Notes under the pieces: generated by a model
Database searches by the model: none
What the model was told of the DNA's origin: nothing
The model's input: the letters and a program-made list of their open reading frames with translations, nothing else
NCBI GenBank assembly: GCA_964601215.1
Contig: CAZRMN010000016.1
Location: 1-18,721, forward strand
DNA: 18,721 bases
Direction: 5' to 3'
Source of the DNA: an uncultured archaeon
GTDB taxonomy: Archaea; Aenigmatarchaeota; Aenigmatarchaeia; CG10238-14; SCSR01
Translations under genes and position numbers: made by a program
Part shown: one piece after another, positions 1 to 6,806 of the stretch
Numbering within the stretch: the first letter of the stretch is position 1
Layout of the letters: every line of letters starts with the position of its first letter

Positions 1-89
1 TTTTTCAAAACCTTTTCTTTCAAAAAGAAATCTTCTTGGAAAAACATATCATAACTAAAAAATTTAATTTAAAATTCCATAAGAGTATT

Positions 90-776
90 ATGAAACTTGA
101 TTTAAGTTTGTTTGATAAGAATTCCAAACAAATAATTTCCAAAACTTACAGTTTTCTTGAAAAAGAATTAAAGAAAAAATCTCTTTCCCCAGCCCATAAA
201 ATAGACCATTATGAAAGAGTTTTTAATCTTGCTATGAGGATAATTAAAAAAGAAAAAAGAAGGGCAGACCCTTTAATAGTAGGTGTTGCAGCTCTTTTGC
301 ATGATATAGGAGAGTTAAGGAGTTTTAAAAGTAAAATGAAGCATGTTGATATATCAGTCAAAATAGCCAGAAAAGTACTAAGAGAACTAAATTTTCCTTC
401 TAATAAAGTTAAAGATGTAATTTACGCAATTGAAACTCACAGTTTTACTAAAGGACATATAAAACCAAAAACTTTTGAAGCTCAAGTATTGCAAGATGCT
501 GATAGATTAGATGCTTTAGGTGCGATTGGTCTAGCAAGATGCCTTATGCCTGCAGGAGTATGGGATAGAGCTCTCTACAATCCAAAAGATCCGTTTGCTA
601 AAAAAAGAAAACTTAACGATATCAAATACACTATAGACCACTTTTTTACAAAACTTTTAAAATTGCCTTCACTAATGAATACAAAAACGGGAAGAAAAAT
701 TGCAAGAAGAAGGGTTAAAATATTAAAAGAATTTTTAAAGGAACTTAGAAAAGAATTAAAAGAATGTGGAATTTAA
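90..776 (+). CDS. HD-domain metal-dependent phosphohydrolase; start uncertain
   Basis: The translation has the HD motif (AALLHDIGE) and a downstream DADRLDALGA motif. The tool's start at 36 is a TTG, and the frame stays open to the window edge, so the gene could begin off-window. The first ATG is at 90 (MKLDLSLF...). The stop TAA is at 774-776. Confidence 0.7.
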   Translation: MKLDLSLFDKNSKQIISKTYSFLEKELKKKSLSPAHKIDHYERVFNLAMRIIKKEKRRADPLIVGVAALLHDIGELRSFKSKMKHVDISVKIARKVLRELNFPSNKVKDVIYAIETHSFTKGHIKPKTFEAQVLQDADRLDALGAIGLARCLMPAGVWDRALYNPKDPFAKKRKLNDIKYTIDHFFTKLLKLPSLMNTKTGRKIARRRVKILKEFLKELRKELKECGI

Positions 777-1210
777 AAATCAAACTTTAAAGTAGAAATA
801 AGACCATTTTTCTTTAACCATTCTTTCAATTCCTTTTTACTATTAAAACTCTTTTCAATCTTATTTCCCTTATTGTCCGAATAACAAACAGTATAAACTT
901 CTTTTCCAAACAATCCTTTCTTTGTTCTTTTGATAGAAGTTATTTTTATAGAACTTTCTATAGACTCTGCCTTCAAATCTCTAGGTAGTTCTATATAGTT
1001 TCCACATTTTGGACATTTTATTTTTCTTAAAACTCTTAAGGATTTGTTCAACTCTTCTACACTTTTTTCCAAATCTTTTTCATCCCAATTCTTCTTTATT
1101 TTTGAAAAAATTTCATCCATACCTAAGTTACCCTCAATATGTAATATAGCCCCACAATTAGAACATCTCAAAGTTATTTTTTCTTTTTTGCGTCTAAACA
1201 CAATTCCCAT
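773..1210 (-). CDS. hypothetical protein with N-terminal CxxC...CxxC zinc ribbon
   Basis: ATG at 1210. Two Cys pairs form a ribbon-like spacing (CSNCG ... CPKCG). The C-terminal part is basic. Its 3' end overlaps the HD gene's 3' end by 4 bp in convergent orientation. I recognise no family. Confidence 0.55.
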   Translation of the reverse strand: MGIVFRRKKEKITLRCSNCGAILHIEGNLGMDEIFSKIKKNWDEKDLEKSVEELNKSLRVLRKIKCPKCGNYIELPRDLKAESIESSIKITSIKRTKKGLFGKEVYTVCYSDNKGNKIEKSFNSKKELKEWLKKNGLISTLKFDF

Positions 1211-1268
1211 ACTATTAATTTGGACTTTAAAAGAAAATTTATTAGTCCAAAAATTAAATTTAAAATTA

Positions 1269-2204
1269 GTGCCTCAAGAATTTCATGTTGAAGTAAGGGA
1301 AACCCCTGTTCAAACTGGTAGTTCTAGTATTAAAGCCTTATCTTTTATTATCGGTCTAATAGTTTTTCTTTTGTTTGCCCTTCTTTCCTATTTATTCTTT
1401 AAAATTGGAAGTCCTTTTCTTGGAATTTTCTTCGGTTTTCTAGCTTTAGTTGGAGGACCTCTTGCAGGCTCTTCAGTAAGGATGAATAACGAATGGGAAG
1501 AAGCAATAATACTAAGATTAGGTAAATACTTGAAAACAGTAGGACCTGGTGTTTTTTTCAGATGGCCTTTTATAGATACTGTTATCACAAGAGATTTGAG
1601 AATTAGGGCAATTGACATTCCAAGACAAGAAGCAATAACAAAGGATAACATTTCTGTTGGTGTTGATGCAGTAGTTTTTCTTAGAGTTAAAGATACGAAA
1701 AAAAGTGTTGTTAACATTCAGAACTATATTGATGCAGTAAGTAAGTATGCTCAAACAACTTTAAGGAATGTTATAGGTCAAAAAGACTTGGACGAGCTTT
1801 TAGAAAAAAGAGAAGAAATTGCAACAGCAATAAAATCTATAGTTGATGAGGAAGCAGATAAGTGGGGTATAGACATAACAGGAATAGAGCTTCAAGATAT
1901 TGAATTGCCAGGAAACATGAAAAGAGTAATGGCAAGACAGGCTGAAGCTGAAAGAGAAAAGAGGGCAGTTATAATTAAATCCGAAGGAGAGGTAATTGCA
2001 GCTCAAAACCTTAAGAAAGCTGCAGACATTCTCATGCAAAGTAAAAAACAAGCAGCTATGAGGCTAAGAGAATTAGCAACACTTTCAGATATAAGCTACG
2101 ATCAAAGCAATACGATAGTTTTTTATCCAACTCATTTAGGTTCAGAAGTTTTGTTAGCTGGTACAGCACTTTCTAAGCCGTTAAAATACAAAAAAGAAAA
2201 ATAA
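1269..2204 (+). CDS. SPFH/band-7 (stomatin/prohibitin-like) membrane protein
   Basis: A hydrophobic N-terminus (LSFIIGLIVFLLFALLSYLFF ... GIFFGFLALVGGPLAG) is followed by a typical SPFH core (EEAIILRLGKY..VGPGVFFRWPFIDTV...) and a C-terminal coiled-coil (ARQAEAEREKRAVIIKSEGE). The tool's start at 1044 overlaps the convergent Zn-ribbon gene. The first in-frame plausible start after that gene is GTG 1269, with no clear SD. The internal ATG at 1482 would delete the membrane hairpin. Confidence 0.75.
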   Translation: MPQEFHVEVRETPVQTGSSSIKALSFIIGLIVFLLFALLSYLFFKIGSPFLGIFFGFLALVGGPLAGSSVRMNNEWEEAIILRLGKYLKTVGPGVFFRWPFIDTVITRDLRIRAIDIPRQEAITKDNISVGVDAVVFLRVKDTKKSVVNIQNYIDAVSKYAQTTLRNVIGQKDLDELLEKREEIATAIKSIVDEEADKWGIDITGIELQDIELPGNMKRVMARQAEAEREKRAVIIKSEGEVIAAQNLKKAADILMQSKKQAAMRLRELATLSDISYDQSNTIVFYPTHLGSEVLLAGTALSKPLKYKKEK

Positions 2205-2435
2205 TTAGCCTTTTTTAACTTTTTTCAATTTAAACTTAGTAGATTTTATCTTTTCCTTTTTGCCAATATAAGAAGGTAAAAGTGCTAAAGCAATTATTGC
2301 TATAACTAAAAAAACTATTGCCACGAATACATAGACTGAAACTATTAAGATTCCTAAGGCTATCAGAGCTGGTATTCCAACTACGATTAAAACTAGTAAA
2401 GTGAGCAATCCCTTCAAATAACTTTTTAATCCCAT
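2205..2435 (-). CDS. small two-TM membrane protein with basic C-terminal tail
   Basis: ATG at 2435 lies 1 bp downstream of the stop of the upstream AIM24-like gene, so the two are probably coupled. There are two long hydrophobic stretches and a KKEKIKSTKFKLKKVKKG tail. The stop abuts the stomatin stop, leaving a 0-bp convergent gap. Confidence 0.5.
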   Translation of the reverse strand: MGLKSYLKGLLTLLVLIVVGIPALIALGILIVSVYVFVAIVFLVIAIIALALLPSYIGKKEKIKSTKFKLKKVKKG

Positions 2436-2436
2436 T

Positions 2437-3162
2437 CTATCTCCTTGCTAGCATCGACCCTATTACTCCTGTAGCTATTCCTGCTGCCATAGCTTGCTTG
2501 GGTGGTATTCCAAGCTCAGCAACTAGCTTTTCCTTTGTCATACTTTGCAAGATAACTCTTCCTGGTCCTGTAAGTTTAGCGAGCATTAAACCAGCACCTC
2601 CGAAAAGTGCAGTTTTTATATTGCCAACATACTGAACATCATAGCTCACGCTTTCATCAAAACCAACTATATGACTTGTTGCAACTTGTAGTGTTTGATT
2701 TTTTTCTAGTTCATACTCAATAAAATCTCCTACTGCATGGATAAAAACTTCTCCTGGTCCAGTAAGTTTTTGAAGTATGAAACCCTCGCCTCCAAAAAAA
2801 GCAGCTCCAATTTTTGCAAATTTTAACTCGATACCAACGCTTTCTTCTGCACAAAGAAAAGCTCCTTTTTCAACTATGAAGTTTTGTCCTTTATTTAGTT
2901 TTATTTCTTTTATTTTTCCTGGTAAGCTTCCTGCAAATCCTACTATTCCTGTACCTTCCATAGTTCTAAACTCTGTTACAAAAAAACTTTCTCTAGTTAA
3001 AACTCTTTTTATCGCACTTGTTATCCCACCCTTCATCTTAGCTTCCATCTTCACGTTTTCAGACTTGTAAACAAACCTTCCTGCCTCTGCATAAACACCT
3101 TCACCTTTTTCTAGCTCAATATTTAAAACTTGCAGATTTTCTCCGATGATTTTGTACTTCAT
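2437..3162 (-). CDS. AIM24 / TIGR00266 (DUF124) family protein
   Basis: ATG at 3162. The N-terminus (MKYKIIGENLQVLNIELEKGEGVYAEAGRFVYKSENVKMEAKM) and two repeated FGGxGxxLxKLTGPGxV segments match my memory of the AIM24/DUF124 architecture. Confidence 0.55.
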   Translation of the reverse strand: MKYKIIGENLQVLNIELEKGEGVYAEAGRFVYKSENVKMEAKMKGGITSAIKRVLTRESFFVTEFRTMEGTGIVGFAGSLPGKIKEIKLNKGQNFIVEKGAFLCAEESVGIELKFAKIGAAFFGGEGFILQKLTGPGEVFIHAVGDFIEYELEKNQTLQVATSHIVGFDESVSYDVQYVGNIKTALFGGAGLMLAKLTGPGRVILQSMTKEKLVAELGIPPKQAMAAGIATGVIGSMLARR

Positions 3163-3185
3163 AAATAATATTTAGAATTAGAAGG

Positions 3186-3749
3186 TTATTTCTTTTTCTT
3201 TTTAATCCTTTCTTCTATTTTTTCTGCAAAACTTTTAGCAGCTTCCTCTAATTCTAAACCTAAAATCATAGCAAGTAAAACAGAAGCTATTACAACCCAA
3301 ACCACTATCAAAATCGGGATTATTGTTGTAAGCATAGGATGAATTTGTTCTAGTATGCTTGCAAAGATCAAGTAAGAAATTACTGTAGGAATTAAATAAC
3401 CAGTAATCCTAAAAGTTCTTCTAACCTTTCTAAGCCTTAATTCTTCTATTTCGCCTTGATGACTTATATAAGATACCATCAAACCAGCGCATGCATCAGC
3501 CAAATTTTTCATTTCAACAAAGGAAGCAAATATCAAAGCTAGCACAGCCCCTAAGATTAGTAAGCTATCTATTCTTGTAACTTCTATTAAGCCTATAGAG
3601 CTTCCCTTACTTAAAGGTAGAATAACCTTTAAACCAATAAGCCAAACCGAATAAGCCAAGCTTATGAAAAGCACGAACTTTGGAAAGCTCGCTCTTAATT
3701 TCTTCGCTGAACTTATGTAAATCTTATCCAAATCATTCTTAGGCATCAT
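3186..3749 (-). CDS. polytopic integral membrane protein (hypothetical)
   Basis: ATG at 3749 (MMPKNDL...). There are 4-5 hydrophobic helices and a KKKKK C-terminus. It is the first gene of a minus-strand unit: this gene, then AIM24-like, then the small membrane protein. Confidence 0.5.
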   Translation of the reverse strand: MMPKNDLDKIYISSAKKLRASFPKFVLFISLAYSVWLIGLKVILPLSKGSSIGLIEVTRIDSLLILGAVLALIFASFVEMKNLADACAGLMVSYISHQGEIEELRLRKVRRTFRITGYLIPTVISYLIFASILEQIHPMLTTIIPILIVVWVVIASVLLAMILGLELEEAAKSFAEKIEERIKKKKK

Positions 3750-3947
3750 CTTTAGTTATGAAAGTTAATTTCTTAAACTTTATTCTCTCTTTTAAATATC
3801 TCGCTACTTTTTGGTAGCAAGAAGATAACTTTAAATACGTATGGGTTGAATTATATACCAACTGAGGAGGTTGAAAAGAAAGAGGATGCTATTTCTTATA
3901 AATTCTACTCAGATAGCTCTGAGTAGAAAGGTAAAGGAGGGTTTTTA
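3750..3947. promoter_or_regulatory. divergent AT-rich intergenic/promoter region with several TATA-like boxes
   Basis: TATA-like octamers sit at about 3789-3798 (ttttaaatat), 3822-3831 (tttaaatacg), 3851-3858 (ttatatac) and 3896-3903 (ttataaat). The region lies between two divergently oriented genes. A purine-rich SD (aaaggaggg, 3932-3940) lies 7 nt before the TRAM ATG. Confidence 0.4.
3903..3928. promoter_or_regulatory. perfect 11-bp inverted repeat (ttctactcaga-tagc-tctgagtagaa) between TATA-like box and SD of the TRAM gene
   Basis: I read this directly from the sequence: the arms are exact reverse complements separated by a 4-nt spacer. It sits where archaeal repressor operators typically lie, or it could form a 5'-UTR hairpin. 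Confidence 0.45.
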
Positions 3948-4298
3948 ATGGCAAGGTTTGAAAGAAGAAGATTTCGTGGCAGGTTTGGTGGAAGACCAAA
4001 TATTCCTCGCCCTGTTAAAGAAGGCGAGGAATATGATGTTGAAATAAAAGAAGTTGGTTCTCGCGGCGATGGAATAGCAAGAGTTAAGAACTTTGTCGTC
4101 TTCGTGCCAGACACTAAAAAAGGCGAAAAGACTCACATCAAAATTACACAAGTAAGGAATAGATTTGCAATAGGGGAGAAAACAAAAGCTGAAGAAGCAA
4201 AGGAAGAACCAGAAGCTGAAGAAACTCCAGAAGAGGCTGGAGAAAAACCAACTGAAGAGCCAGAAGAACCTGCTGAAGAAAAAGAGGAAGAAAGGTAA
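3948..4298 (+). CDS. TRAM-domain small RNA-binding protein with Arg-rich N-terminus and long acidic C-terminal tail
   Basis: A strong SD precedes the ATG. The core (EGEEYDVEIKEVGSRGDGIARVKNFVVFVPDTKKGEKTHIKITQVRNRFAIGE) matches standalone archaeal TRAM proteins. The N-terminus is MARFERRRFRGRFGGRPN. The C-terminal ~45 residues are E/P/A/K low-complexity. Confidence 0.8.
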   Translation: MARFERRRFRGRFGGRPNIPRPVKEGEEYDVEIKEVGSRGDGIARVKNFVVFVPDTKKGEKTHIKITQVRNRFAIGEKTKAEEAKEEPEAEETPEEAGEKPTEEPEEPAEEKEEER

Positions 4299-4330
4299 AA
4301 TTTTCTTCTTTCCTTTTTTATTTTCTTAAG
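4299..4330. terminator. T-rich tract between convergent TRAM and DUF72 genes (putative bidirectional oligo-T terminator)
   Basis: The tract ttttcttctttccttttttattttctt lies immediately after the TRAM stop. Archaeal termination uses oligo-T runs. The reverse strand is also T-rich just beyond the DUF72 stop. Confidence 0.35.
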
Positions 4331-5058
4331 AGTTTTAAAAAGTTTAAAGCATCTTCTAGCATAAAAATATTGTTAAAAAGAATGAAAACTTCTTTTACTT
4401 TTTTCAAGTTTTCAATTTTCTTTTTTAGCTTGATCAAATCCTTTTTTGTATACTTATACTTGTACATCTGCTTACCAGGAGGAGAGCCATGCAGCCTAAA
4501 ATAAGCAATTCGTTTAGAAGAAAACCATAAGGGTTTGGAAGCAAAAGGGTCTACGCAAGAAATCAAATCAAACTTTTTGCAAATATTCTTAAAACCTTCT
4601 TCACTCCATCTTCTAAGCTCTAAAGCTATAGAAACTTTATCCCTTTTAATTTTCGAGAAAAACTTTTCAGCATTTCTTATGTTTTCCTCATTTTCCTTAA
4701 AACTTGCTGGAAGTTGAATTAAACAAACTCTAGCTTTAAGTATCTTACAAATTTCTAAAGTTTTTTCCCAAAACTCAAAAACTTCTCGAGTAGGTTTTAG
4801 AAACCCAACCTTTCCCTTAAGTTTTTCTAAATCCTTTATTCCACTCCTTCTCCAAGTTGGACTCGAGGTTGGATGAGAAATTCCTTGAAAGGCCTTAACA
4901 CAAAACTCAAAATTTTCTGGAGCTTGCTCACGCCATTTTTGAACAGTTTTTAATTGAGGCAGCCTGTAAAAAGTACTTTGAATTTCAACTAAAGAAAACT
5001 TTTGGAAGTATTTCTTCATTCCTCCAGGAAAGCCACAACAACCAACACGAATTTCCAT
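4318..5058 (-). CDS. DUF72 (UPF0759) family protein
   Basis: The tool's start at 5106 is a TTG. The first ATG is at 5058 and gives MEIRVGCCGFPG..., which matches the DUF72 N-terminal signature (MxIxxGxxGW-like). The rest of the protein is consistent with DUF72 length and composition. Confidence 0.75.
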   Translation of the reverse strand: MEIRVGCCGFPGGMKKYFQKFSLVEIQSTFYRLPQLKTVQKWREQAPENFEFCVKAFQGISHPTSSPTWRRSGIKDLEKLKGKVGFLKPTREVFEFWEKTLEICKILKARVCLIQLPASFKENEENIRNAEKFFSKIKRDKVSIALELRRWSEEGFKNICKKFDLISCVDPFASKPLWFSSKRIAYFRLHGSPPGKQMYKYKYTKKDLIKLKKKIENLKKVKEVFILFNNIFMLEDALNFLKLLRK

Positions 5059-5080
5059 ATTTCTCACAAGTTTTATTTTT

Positions 5081-5560
5081 TTAAACAAGTAAATGAATAT
5101 TTCCAATTCTTACTCTTTCTAATCCTTCTTCCTTAGCTATTTTTAAACAACTCTCTGCAAATTTCCTTGTTGTTAAGGGTAAATCCTTCATTTCAAAACA
5201 AGGATAAAAAGCAAGCAAAGAATAAGGTATACTCGAGTCCAAGCTTGCTATAAACCTACTTATTTCCCTTACCTCTTCCTCGCTCACATAACCAGGAATT
5301 AGGAGTGTGCTTGCTATTAGAAAAGGAACTTCCCTTCTTTTTTTATGCAATTTTACCAATTTTTCAAAATTCTCGTAGCTTTTCTCGTTTGAAACTCCTG
5401 TTAAAGCTTTGTTCAAACGCGAACCTTTAGGAAACTTTAAATCAAACTTAATACAACCACCAGTTTTAAAAGAATTAGTTGATATAGATGAATTAATTCC
5501 AATAGCAGTGGAAAAAGAAATAGGGACTTTAAAATTCCCAAAAATAAAAAAGCTAAGGCT
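5081..5560 (-). pseudogene. 3' remnant (C-terminal ~55%) of a PflA-like radical-SAM activating enzyme gene
   Basis: Hand-translating the frame upstream of the tool's TTG at 5416 shows it stays open to a TAA at 5561-5563, with no ATG. The segment GINSSISTNSF...FDLKFPKG...ALTGVSN...LLIPGY...YSLLAFYPCFEM aligns with the C-terminal half of the E. coli PflA pattern (GIHTCLDTNGF...LDLKQMND...LVGVSN...VVPGW...ELLPYHELG). The CxxxCxxC-bearing N-terminal half is absent. The remnant abuts the 3' end of the HPF-like gene. Confidence 0.55.
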
Positions 5561-5864
5561 TTAAACTCCTTTTAGGTTTCATCTTTTCAAATTTTTTGCT
5601 TATCATTTTTTCCAGTTTTTCTAAAAGTAAAGATAAGACAGAAGGAATATCCCATCCACTGGCTTTAGCAGTGAACAAAACATCTGAAGCTATAAGTTTT
5701 GCATGCATAGAGTATTTTTTTCTTCCTTCTGGACTATAAGTTTTCACATCCAACTTAAAACTTGAAATTTTCCACCTTTCTCCAAATTTTTCTAGGAATT
5801 TTTGGATTTCCTCTTGAATTTCAAGTTTTTCGGGTAAATGAGCATGAGAAATTTCTATTTGCAT
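5553..5864 (-). CDS. HPF/RaiA-like (Ribosomal_S30AE family) small protein
   Basis: The protein is 103 aa. MQIEISHAHLPEKLEIQEEIQKFLEKF ... DVLFTAKASGWDIPSVLSLLLEKLEKMISKKFEK parallels E. coli YfiA/HPF ([27 protein letters not shown] ... [29 protein letters not shown]). The ATG at 5862-5864 directly abuts the TGA of the upstream gene (TGAATG). Confidence 0.5.
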   Translation of the reverse strand: MQIEISHAHLPEKLEIQEEIQKFLEKFGERWKISSFKLDVKTYSPEGRKKYSMHAKLIASDVLFTAKASGWDIPSVLSLLLEKLEKMISKKFEKMKPKRSLKP

Positions 5865-6806
5865 TCAACCACTTTTTGCTATTAATGCACGCTCTTTAAC
5901 GAGCTTATTTTTCCATTTTTCTTTTAATCTTTCCCATTCATCCTCTTTCTTTGCTTTTTCTTTAATTTTTATTTCCTTTTGGCCAATTTTTTCCAATCTT
6001 TTATTTATCTCCTTCTTTAAATTTTCAACATATTCTTTTTCAACAAACTTGTTCATCTTTAGGCTTATTTCATCCAACATTTTAACTATATCCGTAGTCA
6101 ATTCATCTATTTTATTTATTTGCTCTTTCTGTCTTTCAATTTCATTCAATTTTTCACTCAATTCAGAAAAAATTAGTTCAACTTTAGCAGCTATTTTTTC
6201 AGTGTAAGCTTTTGCTTCTTCTATTTTTGAAATTTTCATTCCAATTTTTTCAGAAGTTTTCAATAAATTTTCTATACTTTTAACTTTTTCCATAATATTT
6301 AAGAACTCTTTAACTTCCCTTCTCAATTCATGAATCATTTCTTCAAGTTTTTCTATGTTTGCTTTAATTTCTTCTATTTCAGAATCTCTTTTTAAGAACT
6401 GTTTTTTAATTTTTTCTGGTTGTAGCTCAGAAACAGTTTCAAGAACCATTTCCATGTTTTTTTCAACTTTACTAAGGAACTTTTCTTTTTCAAGAATCAT
6501 AGACCTTAATTCTCCAATATTTTCAGATAAGTGACTTATTCTTTCATCAATTCCCTTTTTAAAATCTTCCAACATTTCTAATTTTCCATCAATCTTTTCA
6601 ATCCTAAGAAGAAGGTTTGGAAGGCTCATCTCCTTTGCCTCTCTTGTTGAAAAACTGGTAGGTTCGATTTCATCTTCTACCTCTCTTTCAGGAATTTCTT
6701 CAATCACTCCATACTTTTCTTTTAATTCTTTCTCTCTTTTTTTAATTTCTTCTTCTTTAATCGGTTCAATTAGCCTTTCCGTAAGTTCTATCTCATTTTT
6801 TGCCAT
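5865..6806 (-). CDS. K/E-rich coiled-coil protein (hypothetical)
   Basis: Almost the whole protein is heptad-like E/K/I/L repeats. Two ATGs are possible, at 6821 and 6806. The 6806 ATG is preceded by GGTGAAGGT (SD-like), so I prefer it. The gene overlaps the 3' end of the giant gene by 14 bp (29 bp with the other ATG), which suggests translational coupling. Confidence 0.6.
   Translation of the reverse strand: MAKNEIELTERLIEPIKEEEIKKREKELKEKYGVIEEIPEREVEDEIEPTSFSTREAKEMSLPNLLLRIEKIDGKLEMLEDFKKGIDERISHLSENIGELRSMILEKEKFLSKVEKNMEMVLETVSELQPEKIKKQFLKRDSEIEEIKANIEKLEEMIHELRREVKEFLNIMEKVKSIENLLKTSEKIGMKISKIEEAKAYTEKIAAKVELIFSELSEKLNEIERQKEQINKIDELTTDIVKMLDEISLKMNKFVEKEYVENLKKEINKRLEKIGQKEIKIKEKAKKEDEWERLKEKWKNKLVKERALIAKSG

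Noticed and set aside
1044-1268. Tool-called start of the stomatin ORF at 1044 and translated N-terminal 75 aa
   Set aside because: This segment overlaps the convergent Zn-ribbon gene on the other strand, and the translation is non-protein-like. I chose the first start after 1210 (GTG 1269) instead, although that start is itself uncertain.
1388-3070. Short ORFs inside the stomatin and AIM24 genes (1388-1717, 1518-1754, 1800-2051, 2777-3070)
   Set aside because: They are antisense or alternate-frame to confidently assigned genes and have no recognisable motifs.
3905-4717. ORFs 3905-4114(-), 3945-4151(-) and 4535-4717(+)
   Set aside because: They are antisense to the TRAM gene or inside the DUF72 gene. 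The TRAM and DUF72 frames are strongly supported by motifs.
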